NCBI GenBank assembly: GCA_963778655.1
Contig: CAVZVA010000010.1
Location: 1,376,001 to 1,440,000, forward strand
DNA: 64,000 bases
Reading direction: 5' to 3'
Source of the DNA: an uncultured delta proteobacterium
GTDB taxonomy: Bacteria > Myxococcota_A > Polyangia > Polyangiales > JAFGIB01
Part shown: in pieces, positions 20,847-30,004 of the stretch
Position numbering within the stretch: the stretch's first letter is position 1
Layout: every line of letters begins with the position of its first letter
Position numbers and translations under genes: made by a program
Notes under the pieces: generated by a model
Databases searched by the model: none
What the model was told of the DNA's origin: nothing
Seen by the model: the letters and a program-made list of their open reading frames with translations, nothing else

Positions 20847-21887
20847 TCAGCGACCGACGAAGCGCGGCCAGGCGGCCAGCAGGATCACCACGCAATGTCG
20901 GCCTTGGGCGTCGGCCGCCTGGCCCACGCCCGCGTCGGTGAAGCCGCGCTCGAGCAGCGTCAGCCGGTGTGAGGGGCTGTGCTCGAAGGCCGTGAACGCC
21001 GCGCCGATGCTGGGCGCGCGCGCCACCGTTTCGCCCACGCGCTGCGCTTGCACGCCGGCCTCGCGCAGCCGGCGCTGTGGGTTCTCGCCGGGCGTGAGCT
21101 CATGGGCCACGCGCCCGTCCTGGCACACGCGCGTTGCGTGCTCTGCGGCGACGCGCGCGAGCAGCGCGTTGTCGCGAAGCGCGGGCCGCGCCTGCTCGGC
21201 GCGCAGCTCCGAGAGCAAGGCGGCGACGTCGGGCTCGGCGTCGCCGCCGGCAGCGGGCGGGGGCTGCGGGCTGGCCCCGGCGGCCGCGGGCGGCTCGCCG
21301 CGTTCGGCGGGCAAGACGCGCTCGGCAAGCGGCCGCGGGCCCGACGGACCGCGCGCCAGCAGCTGCACCAGTGCGGGCCGCGGCAGCGCCTCGGAGACGG
21401 GGACGCCGCGCTCGAGCGCGGCGCGGTCGAGCTTGATGCGCTGCAGAGCGCCCTGGCCGTCGGAGATCACCAGCTCGGGATCGCGGAAGCCGGCAGCGAG
21501 CGCGCCGCGCACGCGCGTGCTGCCCGCCGAGAGCGCGTCGAGCGAGCCGGCGCGCACGGCCACCAGCAGCAGCCGGGTTTCGGCGGTTTGCGCGAAGCCG
21601 CACACCAGCGCGGCGTCCGCGTCGCGCTCGACCTGCGCCAGCCATTGTTGCGCGCCGCGCTCGCCGCGGCGGTAGTAGTACGCGCGCACGCCAACCAGGT
21701 CCGAGCCGGCGGCCCGCACCGCCGCGGTCAACGCGTCGGAGCTCGGGCGCTTGGCCTGCAGCAACAGCTCCCCCGCGGCCTGCGAGAGCGGGGTCTCGTC
21801 TCGGCACGCCGGCGCCTCCTCGCCCGCATCCGCGAGGGCAGCGGATGCGGGCAGGAGGAGGGCCGCGAGGAGGGTCCAAAGCAGCAC
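20847..21887 (-). CDS. secreted CAP (SCP/PR-1) domain protein
   Basis: Signal peptide; LARVAAEHA, VAHE, VGETVA, SPSHRLTLL, FTDAGVG. Confidence 0.82.
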   Translation of the reverse strand: MLLWTLLAALLLPASAALADAGEEAPACRDETPLSQAAGELLLQAKRPSSDALTAAVRAAGSDLVGVRAYYYRRGERGAQQWLAQVERDADAALVCGFAQTAETRLLLVAVRAGSLDALSAGSTRVRGALAAGFRDPELVISDGQGALQRIKLDRAALERGVPVSEALPRPALVQLLARGPSGPRPLAERVLPAERGEPPAAAGASPQPPPAAGGDAEPDVAALLSELRAEQARPALRDNALLARVAAEHATRVCQDGRVAHELTPGENPQRRLREAGVQAQRVGETVARAPSIGAAFTAFEHSPSHRLTLLERGFTDAGVGQAADAQGRHCVVILLAAWPRFVGR

Positions 21888-22226
21888 AGCACGAGCGTAG
21901 AAGCGAAGCGCCGGGGCGCGCCAAATTACGCGCGCCTGCAGCGCCCTGCGCGCGCGCGTTTCCGTGACACCATTGAGGAATTCGGCTCGTCCGGGGCAAT
22001 TCCGCGGGGCGGCTGACGCGCGCCTGCAGGAGCTTTCGCGGCCGGGCGGCCGCGACCTCTCGCCATGCTGGAGCGGGCGCCGGGAGCCGAGCGGGCTGGG
22101 CGCCGGGCGTCGCCCGGACAGCGAGCGCGACGGCGCCGCAGCGCCTGAGTCGCCCCCCGCTCAATAAAAGACCTCGGTGCTGCCGGTCGTGGTCGCGCGC
22201 AAGCCGCACAGCCCCTCGAGCGCAGC

Positions 22227-23459
22227 TCAGTTCAGCGCGCTCGGACCGCTGCGCGCGCCGCTGCGCCCGTAGCGCTTGTGCAGCAGTGCCAGGTTGCGGG
22301 CCGGGTTGGGGTCGCTGTCGTCGAGGGCCGCGGCGGTGGCGAAGGCCTTTTCGGCCGCGGCGTGCTCGCCCAGGCCCATCAGCGCGGCGCCGAGGCCATT
22401 GTGCGCGGGGGCCAGCTCAGGCTTCAAGGACAGCGCGCGCTCGAATGCGGCGCGCGCCTGCTGGTACTGGCGGTCGCGGGTGAGCGCGTTGCCGAGCTTG
22501 AGCCAGGCGACCGCGTCCTGGCGCGAGAGCGTGAGCGCGGCATGGTAACGCTCGATGGCGCGACCGATCCGGCCGTGCCACACGTCGAGATCGGCCAGCG
22601 CCAGCAGCGGGCCGGGCTCGGCCGGCGCCAGCGCGCGCGCTTGCTCCACGTCGCCTTCGCCGCCTTCCACGTCGCCGCGGCCGATCCGGCTCAGCCCGCG
22701 GCCGAGCCAGGCCTGCGCTTCGTTCGGGCCGCGCGCGATCGCCAGCGCGAATTCCTGCTCGGCCTCGCGCAGCCTGCCCTGGTCGCGCAGCCTGCGGCCG
22801 AGGTTGATGTGCGGCTGGGGCATGCTGGGGTCGAGCGCCGCGGCGCGCTCGAAGTCGGCGCTGGCCGCTGCGGAGTTGCCGAGCGCCTCCTGCGCCAGGC
22901 CGCGGCGGTTGTACAACGTGCCGACCTCGGGCTGCTCGGCGATCAGCGCCTGCAGCAGCGCGAGCGCGCGCTGCGGCCGTCCTGCGTCGGCGGCCATGTC
23001 GGCCTGCAGCATGCGCGCGCGCGGATGGTGCGGCGCGCGCGAAAGCGCGCGGTCGAGCTGCGCCGTGGCCTGCTGCGCGTGGCCCGCCCGAAACGCGATC
23101 GCGGCGCCCAGCAAATCGAGGTCTGCGCTCGCGGGCAAACCGTGGCGCGCGCGGGCCAGGGCGGTTGCGGCCCGCTCGGGCTGGTCCTTCTGGTAATCGT
23201 CGAGCGCCTCGGCCCAGGCGTGCAGCGCGCGGGTATGCGCGTCGCCGTGCAGCGCGGCGGCCTGATCGAGCAGGGAGAGCGCGCGCCTGGCGTCGATACG
23301 CTCGAGGTCGGGCGCGCGGCTGAGCGGAGCGCGCAGGGCGAGCGCGGCTTGCCGGCTTAGCCGGGCCGCGTCCTCGCGCGCGCGCAGCGCCCCGGCACCT
23401 GCGACCGCGGCCCAGATCGCGGCCGCAGCGAGCGAGAGGCAGAGCAGCGTGCGAAGCAT
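22227..23459 (-). CDS. tetratricopeptide repeat protein with N-terminal anchor
   Basis: TPR units (YNRRGLAQEALG, HINLGRRL, AWLKLGNAL, AHNGLGAAL). Start trimmed to MLRTLLCL. Confidence 0.85.
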   Translation of the reverse strand: MLRTLLCLSLAAAAIWAAVAGAGALRAREDAARLSRQAALALRAPLSRAPDLERIDARRALSLLDQAAALHGDAHTRALHAWAEALDDYQKDQPERAATALARARHGLPASADLDLLGAAIAFRAGHAQQATAQLDRALSRAPHHPRARMLQADMAADAGRPQRALALLQALIAEQPEVGTLYNRRGLAQEALGNSAAASADFERAAALDPSMPQPHINLGRRLRDQGRLREAEQEFALAIARGPNEAQAWLGRGLSRIGRGDVEGGEGDVEQARALAPAEPGPLLALADLDVWHGRIGRAIERYHAALTLSRQDAVAWLKLGNALTRDRQYQQARAAFERALSLKPELAPAHNGLGAALMGLGEHAAAEKAFATAAALDDSDPNPARNLALLHKRYGRSGARSGPSALN

Positions 23460-23618
23460 GCTTCCGAGTAACGGCCAGCCCGCCAACCGGTCAACTTTTT
23501 GGGGCGCCGAGGCAGCTTCCCTGCGCGATGGCGGCGCGCTACCAATTGGGCGGATGGAAGGCCGGGTGGCCGGCGCGCGGTAGGGTCGGGAGCCCGGCGC
23601 GCGGGATGGATACGGGCG

Positions 23619-24359
23619 ATGACGCGTTGGCTCAAGATCGGAGGCGCGCTGATGCTGCTGATGTGGGCGCCGTTCCTGTACCAAGAGCTGACCAGCGCGC
23701 CGGTCGCGAAGAAGCGTCCGCGCGCGCTGCCCACCGATGACCCGAGCGCCCAGCTGGCGCCCGTGGTGCCGCAGCCGGAGCCGGCCAAGGTCGAAGGGCC
23801 GGCCGTGGCGCCCAAGGCGCCGCAGCCGCCGGCTGCCGAGGAGCCGAGCGCGCCCGAGCCGCAGAAGCCCGCGGCGGCCGAGCCCAAGGACGATCCGGCG
23901 CCCGCGGGCGCGAGGTCGGCCCAGGGCGCTGTGAACGAGCCCAACAGCCAAGCCGAGCCGCAAGCCGACGAGGCGGAGCGCGCCGACGATCCGGCGCCCG
24001 CGCCGCCGCCCGCCGCGGCCGGGCCGGCGGGCGTGCTGCGACACGCGTTTGAGACCGAGCCGCGCGATCCGCTGTGGGCCACCGACACCGAGGCCCGGCT
24101 CAAGGCCATGGCCGGCGGGGGCGACCTGCCGGCCGAGCTGCTGCAGAGCGCGGCCTGCCGCAATGCGGTCTGCCGCATCGAGCTGCGCTGGACCGCGGAG
24201 CGCGCCACGGCCTACGACAGCTTTTCCGACGCCCTGCACCAGCAGTTCGGCGGCGAGCTCGGGGTAGAGCCCGTGGGCGCACCCGACGACAAGGGCCAGG
24301 AGCAGGTCAACTTGTATGTGACCCGCAAAGGGTACACGGTCGCCGACCTCAGCAGGTGA
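23619..24359 (+). CDS. hypothetical membrane-anchored protein
   Basis: N-terminal TM, Pro-rich linker, then EPRDPLWA...CRNAVCRIEL domain of a type seen in myxobacteria. Confidence 0.7.
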   Translation: MTRWLKIGGALMLLMWAPFLYQELTSAPVAKKRPRALPTDDPSAQLAPVVPQPEPAKVEGPAVAPKAPQPPAAEEPSAPEPQKPAAAEPKDDPAPAGARSAQGAVNEPNSQAEPQADEAERADDPAPAPPPAAAGPAGVLRHAFETEPRDPLWATDTEARLKAMAGGGDLPAELLQSAACRNAVCRIELRWTAERATAYDSFSDALHQQFGGELGVEPVGAPDDKGQEQVNLYVTRKGYTVADLSR

Positions 24360-24427
24360 CGGTTTGCGTGCCGGCCCTCGGGTCCGGCGTGCGGCCGAAG
24401 GCGGCAGCCCCGCCGCGAGGAACGGAC

Positions 24428-24658
24428 ATGGTTGAACCGCAAGTACTGGAACAGAAGCTGCGCGCCGCTTTCCCCGGCGCGGCTCGGATCGAGGTCGAGG
24501 ACCTGACCGGGACCAAGGACCATTTCAAGGCCGTGATCGTGGCGCCCGAATTCGCCGGCAAGAGCCGGGTCGAGCAGCACCAGCTGGTCTACCGCGCGCT
24601 CGGCGAGCTGATGGCCGGCCCGGTCCACGCCCTGGCCCTCGAGACGCGCGCGAGTTGA
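24428..24658 (+). CDS. bolA: BolA/IbaG family protein
   Basis: DHFKAVIVAPEFAGKSRVEQHQLVYRAL...VHALAL; RBS GAGGA upstream. Confidence 0.92.
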   Translation: MVEPQVLEQKLRAAFPGAARIEVEDLTGTKDHFKAVIVAPEFAGKSRVEQHQLVYRALGELMAGPVHALALETRAS

Positions 24659-24713
24659 GCCAGGGCTGTTCCCTGGCCTCCGGACGTTCGGCGCTCTGGC
24701 GCAAGCGTTGCGT

Positions 24714-25017
24714 GGGGCGCGTGCCCGGACGCAGAGGCGAGCCCGGACGCGCGAGCGCAGCGAGCCACGGGGGAGGGTGGGTCCGATTGGGCTTTGCCCA
24801 ATGGGCGGGAGGGGCGCGTGCCCGGACGCAGAGGCGAGCCCGGACGCGCGAGCGCAGCGAGCCACGGGGGAGGGTGGGTCCGATTGGGCTTTGCCCAATG
24901 GGCGGGAGGGGCGCGTGCCCGGACGCAGAGGCGAGCCCGGACGCGCGAGCGCAGCGAGCCACGGGGGAGGGTGGGTCCGATTGGGCTTTGCCCAATGGGC
25001 GGGAGGGGCGCGTGCCC
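24714..25017. repeat. tandem repeat: 3 x 97 bp plus 13 bp
   Basis: Units start at 24714, 24811, 24908 and 25005 (GGGGCGCGTGCCC...) and appear identical by eye. Each has the internal palindrome ATTGGGC-TTT-GCCCAAT. Confidence 0.95.
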
Positions 25018-25028
25018 CTCCCGGTAAT

Positions 25029-26276
25029 CTAGAGTCGCATGCGAGAGAGGCGCTGGTTGGCCCACTTCGAGAGCGCGCGCTCGGCCTCGCGTGGCAGGCT
25101 GGGGCTGGCGCAGAACATTGCGAAGCTGACTAGCTCGTGGGCCGCACGGTGCAGCGATTCGAACGCGTGCTCGGCATGGAGTTCCTGCAGCTGGCGCAGG
25201 GTGGCAGCGGCCGAGATGTCGCCGTCGAGCCGCATCGCGCTTCCGAAGTACGTCGCGATCTCGGTGTCGCGTACCCAAGCCTGTAGGGTCCACAGCATCT
25301 GTTTGGCGCCCTTGGCGCCGCTGTGGCGCTCCACCGTGTCGCGGATCTCCCGTAGCATCTCGTTGAGTTGCTTGACGATGCGCTCCACGCCCTCGCGGTT
25401 GAGCGCCTGCTTCTCCTTGAGCTCGACGCAGCCGATCTGCAGCAGCTGCATTACACGCTTGGTCACCTCGAACTCGTCGAGGCGCAGCTCATGGCCGATC
25501 TCTACGATGCTGTGCTGCCCGTCGGCGAGCAGGGCCACCGGCCGCAGCGAATCGCCGATGGTGACGCGCGAGGCGGTCTCGGTCAGCACCGGGTGCAGCC
25601 CGCCGCTGGGGATGCGCTCGCGGAAGTGCGCCATCTCGTCGATGCGTTGCACACTCTGCATCAGCAACGCGTGCACCGGCAGGTGCAGCGTGGTGTTCGG
25701 GGCTTCGGAGTCGTCGGCCGCCAGCACGAAGGTGTAGCTGCCGGCAGCCACCAGCAGCGCACCCTGGAAGGTGCGCTCGGCCTGCCCGCGCAGCATTTCG
25801 AACAGCTGCTTCTGATCGATGAATCCCTGCTCGATCGCGATCTCCCCGAAGCGCCGCTCGCGGCCGGTGCCGAGCACGCAGCGCGCGAGCTGGTCGGGGC
25901 TCATCACGCCCAGCGCGACCATCACCTCGCCCAGGCGCTCGCTCGGCACATCGCTGTAGGCGGCCTTGAGCGCGCCTTGGTCGAACATCAAGCGGCGCGT
26001 GTGCTCGCCGAACACGCTGAGCTCGCCGCGCCATCCGTTGTTGGCGATCATCGCGATCAGCTCGAGCACCGTGGTCTTGCCCACGATCTCGCCGGTCGCC
26101 AGCACGCGTCCGGGCCCGGCGTTTTCGCCGTCGCTGCGCTCGAGCACCAGCACGCCCGGTGAGCCTTCCAGGATGCGGTAGCGGCCCGCATGCCCTGCGA
26201 GCCAATCGGTGCCGGCCTGGTCGACCCCGGCGAGCGCGCCGTCCTCGCGAATCACCAGCTCGCGCCGCAGCTTCAT
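25029..26276 (-). CDS. DUF4388 (PATAN-like) domain protein
   Basis: ELIAMI...GELSV...FDQGAL...ERLGEVMV...RRFGEIAIEQG...LLMQSVQRIDE pattern. Confidence 0.78.
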   Translation of the reverse strand: MKLRRELVIREDGALAGVDQAGTDWLAGHAGRYRILEGSPGVLVLERSDGENAGPGRVLATGEIVGKTTVLELIAMIANNGWRGELSVFGEHTRRLMFDQGALKAAYSDVPSERLGEVMVALGVMSPDQLARCVLGTGRERRFGEIAIEQGFIDQKQLFEMLRGQAERTFQGALLVAAGSYTFVLAADDSEAPNTTLHLPVHALLMQSVQRIDEMAHFRERIPSGGLHPVLTETASRVTIGDSLRPVALLADGQHSIVEIGHELRLDEFEVTKRVMQLLQIGCVELKEKQALNREGVERIVKQLNEMLREIRDTVERHSGAKGAKQMLWTLQAWVRDTEIATYFGSAMRLDGDISAAATLRQLQELHAEHAFESLHRAAHELVSFAMFCASPSLPREAERALSKWANQRLSRMRL

Positions 26277-26492
26277 TGCGTGGCGCCTCGTCTCGACCTG
26301 TTGCGACTCACCACTTCAGATCATAGATCCGCTGCTTCGGCGCGGCCAAGAGACGGGGCCGCTATAGCCAGAGTTGGCCAGCATGGGGCTTGCGTTGTGC
26401 TGTCGCTCGCCGCACCTTTGGCTGCCGCGAGCACCCGCCGCGCGCAGCGGCGCCAGAGGACGCCCCGCGATTGGGCTTCGACAGGAGCGAGC

Positions 26493-27419
26493 ATGGGCAA
26501 GGTAGCTTTCGTGTTTCCAGGTCAGGGCGCGCACAAGGTTGGAATGGGTAGGGCGGTGTACGACCAGCGCGCAGAGGGGCGCGCGCGTTTCGAGCAGGCG
26601 GACGCGGCGCTGGGCGAGTCGTTGTCCGCGCTCTGCTTCGAGGGCCCGGAGGACAAGCTGCAGCTCACCGCCAACGCGCAGCCCGCGATCCTCACCACAT
26701 CGATCGCGCTGCTCTCGGCGCTGGGCGAGCGCTGCGACGCGGCCGCCGGTCACAGCCTGGGCGAGTACAGCGCGCATGTGGCGGCCTCGACGCTAGCGTT
26801 CGACGAGGCGGTGCGGCTGGTGCGCGCGCGCGGCCTGTACATGCAGGAAGCAGTGCCGGTCGGCGTCGGCGCGATGGCGGCGGTGCTGGGCGCGGAGGCA
26901 GAGGCGGTGGAGCGCGTCTGCGCCGAGGCCGAGGGCGTGGTCGAGCCGGTCAATTGCAATTGTCCGGGACAGCTCGTGATCGCGGGCGAGACCGCTGCAG
27001 TCGAGCGTGCGGTCGAGCGCCTGCGCGAGCAGGGCGCGAAGGTGCGACCGCTGCCGGTCAGCGCGCCCTTCCATTGCCAGCTGATGAAGCCGGCCGAGGA
27101 CAAGTTCCGCGCCCACCTCGAGCGCGCCGGGTTCCGCGATCCGGCCTTCCCGGTCTACGCCAACGTCGACGCCGCCGCCGTGACCAGCGCCGCGGCCGCG
27201 CGCGACGCTTTGCTGCGCCAGATCAGCCGCCCCGTGCGCTGGGAGCAGTCGATTCGGCGCATGCTCGAGGACGGCGTGGGGCTATTCGTCGAGATCGGAC
27301 CGGGCAAGGTGCTCAGCGGCATGATTCGCCGTATCGACAAGGCTGCTGCCAGCGTCAACGTCGAGTCGCCCGCCGACTTCGAGGCCGCGCGCGCTGCGAT
27401 TCGCGCCCAACGCGGCTGA
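26493..27419 (+). CDS. fabD: malonyl CoA-ACP transacylase
   Basis: FVFPGQG, AQPAIL, GHSLGEY, RGLYMQEAVP, VSAPFH, EIGPGKVL. Confidence 0.95.
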   Translation: MGKVAFVFPGQGAHKVGMGRAVYDQRAEGRARFEQADAALGESLSALCFEGPEDKLQLTANAQPAILTTSIALLSALGERCDAAAGHSLGEYSAHVAASTLAFDEAVRLVRARGLYMQEAVPVGVGAMAAVLGAEAEAVERVCAEAEGVVEPVNCNCPGQLVIAGETAAVERAVERLREQGAKVRPLPVSAPFHCQLMKPAEDKFRAHLERAGFRDPAFPVYANVDAAAVTSAAAARDALLRQISRPVRWEQSIRRMLEDGVGLFVEIGPGKVLSGMIRRIDKAAASVNVESPADFEAARAAIRAQRG

Positions 27420-27472
27420 GGTCGCGCGCGCCGCCGCAGCCAAGCGCGCCGCGGCCGCCGTGAGGAGGCAAC

Positions 27473-28117
27473 ATGACCGACCCCCAGGACCGCGTTCGCT
27501 TCTACTTCAGCTTTCGCAGCCCGTATTCGTGGCTCGCGCTGCTGCGCATCGAGCAGGCCCTGCAGGCGCTGAAGGTGGCGCTCGACTATATTCCGGTGTT
27601 CCCGCCGCCCGACTTCCCGAACGACCCCGCCGCGGTGCCGAACAAGCGCAAGTACATCGAGCGCGATATCGCGCGCGTGGCGGAGGCGTACGGCTATCGC
27701 GCCCAGGCGCCGGCCAAGCTCGACACCGACTGGATCCGGCCGCACGCGGCCTTCGTGTACGCCGCGGACCAGGGCAAGGGTCCGGCCTTCGCGCGCGGGT
27801 TGTTCGAGGCGCGCTTCGTGCGCGGGCTCGACGTGGGCGAGGACGCGGTGATGGCCGAAGCGGCCGGCGGGCAAGGGCTGGACGCGCAGGCGCTGATCGC
27901 CGCCGCCGGCGACAGCGGCTACCAGACGCGGGTGGTGCAGGGGATGATCCAGGCGCTGGAGCAGGACTCCATCTTCGGCGTGCCGCTGTTCGTGTTCCGC
28001 GGCGAGCCGTTCTGGGGCAACGACCGCATCGAATGGCTGGTGCGCGCGATCCGCGTGGCCCACGGCATGGAAGTGGTGGACCTTGCCAGCGACATGCTGC
28101 GTTCGCTCGACCGCTGA
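27473..28117 (+). CDS. 2-hydroxychromene-2-carboxylate isomerase / kappa-GST DsbA-family protein
   Basis: FYFSFRSPYSW, IFGVPLF, FWGNDR. Confidence 0.88.
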   Translation: MTDPQDRVRFYFSFRSPYSWLALLRIEQALQALKVALDYIPVFPPPDFPNDPAAVPNKRKYIERDIARVAEAYGYRAQAPAKLDTDWIRPHAAFVYAADQGKGPAFARGLFEARFVRGLDVGEDAVMAEAAGGQGLDAQALIAAAGDSGYQTRVVQGMIQALEQDSIFGVPLFVFRGEPFWGNDRIEWLVRAIRVAHGMEVVDLASDMLRSLDR

Positions 28118-28128
28118 CGGCGGCGTGC

Positions 28129-29334
28129 TCAGTCCACGCGGTAGCGCCGCAGCGCCGGCATGCGCCAGGCGATCGCGCTCACCACCAGCAAGCAGCCGAG
28201 CCCGCCGCTGACCACGGCGAAGGTGGGGCTGGTCAGCGAGGCGACGAAGCCCGACTCGGTCGCTCCGAGCTGGTTGCTGGCGCCGATGAAGATCATATTG
28301 ACCGCGCTGACTCGGCCGCGCAGCGCGTCGGGGGTCGAGAGCTGGATCGCGGTCGAGCGCATCACCACGCTCACCTGATCGGCCATGCCCGCGAGCAGAT
28401 AGGCGCCGACCGAAAGCGGAAAGCTGAGCGAGTAGCCGAACACGATGGTGGCCAGGCCGAACACCGCCACGCTGGCCAGCAGCGCGCGGCCCGCGTTGCG
28501 CGCCGGCGGACGCAGCACCAGCACGACCGACATCGCCAGCGCGCCGAGCTCGAACGACGAGGTGAGCAGGCCGTAGCCGCGCGCGCCGGCGTGCAGGATG
28601 TCCTTGGCGAAGATCGGCAGCAGGGCGGCTGCGCCGCCGAAGATCACCGCGAACATGTCGAGCGTCATGCAGCCGAGGATCACGGGCTGCCCCCACACGA
28701 ACGACAGGCCTTCGCGAATCGCGGGCAGGCTGATCGCGCTGCGCGATGCGACCGCACCGCCGCTGCGCAGCGCCAGGATGCCGGCGAAGGCCAGCACGAT
28801 CAGCGCCAGATAGGCGGCGTAGGCGGCGGCAATGCCGGAGCGCGCGATCACCAGGCCGGCCAGCGCGGGCCCGGAGGCGAACGCCAGCGCGGTGTTGGTC
28901 GAGGAGATGGTCACCGCGCGCGGGAAGCGCTCGCGCGGCACCAGCGCGGGCAGCAGCGCGGAGCGCGCCGGCGCCTCGAACGCGCCCGCGGCCGCCGCCA
29001 CCGCCACCACGGCGTAGACCAGCGGCAGCGTGGCGTGGCCGTCGCGGGTGGCGTAGAGCAGCGCGACCGCGCAGCCCAGCAAGACCACCTGCGCGACATT
29101 GATCACGCGCCGGCGGTCGAAGCTGTCGGCCACCGCGCCGCCGACCAGGGTCAGGCCGAGCACCGGCACGAACTGCACCAGCCCCAGAAGGCCCAGGTAG
29201 AAGGCGGAATGGGACAGCTCGAACACGTGCCACGCGATCGCCGCCCGCAGCAGCGTCATCCCGGTGGCGGAAGCGAAGCGGCTGGCGAGAAATAAGTAGA
29301 AGTCGCGCGGCACAGCGAGGGCGAAGCCTAACAC
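28129..29334 (-). CDS. MFS transporter (EntS/DHA3-like); start uncertain
   Basis: GGAVADSFDRRR, FEAPARSALLP, LDMFAVIFGGA, TPDALRGRVSAVN. Confidence 0.88.
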   Translation of the reverse strand: MLGFALAVPRDFYLFLASRFASATGMTLLRAAIAWHVFELSHSAFYLGLLGLVQFVPVLGLTLVGGAVADSFDRRRVINVAQVVLLGCAVALLYATRDGHATLPLVYAVVAVAAAAGAFEAPARSALLPALVPRERFPRAVTISSTNTALAFASGPALAGLVIARSGIAAAYAAYLALIVLAFAGILALRSGGAVASRSAISLPAIREGLSFVWGQPVILGCMTLDMFAVIFGGAAALLPIFAKDILHAGARGYGLLTSSFELGALAMSVVLVLRPPARNAGRALLASVAVFGLATIVFGYSLSFPLSVGAYLLAGMADQVSVVMRSTAIQLSTPDALRGRVSAVNMIFIGASNQLGATESGFVASLTSPTFAVVSGGLGCLLVVSAIAWRMPALRRYRVD

Positions 29335-29462
29335 CGCGGCGGATCGCGCAGCGCATTTCGGGCCGATGCCGCTGTGCGAAAGCCGTGCGGCCCGGCGCGC
29401 ATGGCGTAAGCTGCGAGCACGGCGCCGCCGCAAAGGCCGCGCAGCCCTGGAGCATCCCTGGT

Positions 29463-29963
29463 ATGTCCGGTCCTCGTTCCTTTTCATTCTGGCAAACCGC
29501 GCTCGGCGCGGGCGTGGTCAACGCGCTGATCAACGCGCCGCTGGCTCTGGTGCTGCTCAAGCCCGGGGCCTCGCTGCCGCTGTGGGGCCTGCCGGGTCTG
29601 GCCGCCGATCTGGTCGCGATGGCGTTCGGCATCTCGTTCGGCACCGCGATCGTGGTCACGCTGCAGACGCGCAACCGGCTGCGGCGCGGCAAGCTGCTGC
29701 CGCCCGCGATCCCCCCGCGCCTGCGCGCCTCGCTCGAGCGCTGGCCGCGCTCGCTGCCGCGCCGGGCGTGGAACCTCGGCGTGATCTCGGTGCTGCTGTT
29801 CGTGCCGCTGCCGCTGCTGGTGTTGTGGGCCTCCGGCGTGCCTGGGCTCGAGCGCACGTCGCTCGGCGTGCTCAAGGGCTGCTTCAGCTTCGTGCAGGGA
29901 GGCCTGGTGACGCCGCTGGTCGTGGTTGCCGCGCTGGTGCCCGAGCGCTCAGCCGAAAGCTGA
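29463..29963 (+). CDS. hypothetical membrane protein (about 4 TM)
   Basis: Four hydrophobic segments; G/C-ending codons; fills the gap between neighbours. Confidence 0.65.
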   Translation: MSGPRSFSFWQTALGAGVVNALINAPLALVLLKPGASLPLWGLPGLAADLVAMAFGISFGTAIVVTLQTRNRLRRGKLLPPAIPPRLRASLERWPRSLPRRAWNLGVISVLLFVPLPLLVLWASGVPGLERTSLGVLKGCFSFVQGGLVTPLVVVAALVPERSAES

Positions 29964-30004
29964 AGCGCGCCGATCACCTGCCGTGCGCGCTGGCCGCAGC
30001 CCGC

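Noticed and set aside
21964..22167. 67-aa plus-strand ORF
   Set aside because: No RBS, motif or codon support that I can see.
24714..25017. CRISPR array
   Set aside because: Units are identical over the full 97 bp, with no unique spacers and no cas genes.
24212..25293. ORFs containing repeated peptides
   Set aside because: These are translations of the 97-bp DNA repeat, whose length is not a multiple of 3.
26493..27419. Orphan fabD as a trans-AT of a polyketide cluster
   Set aside because: No PKS or ACP genes lie nearby, and the sequence looks like ordinary FabD.
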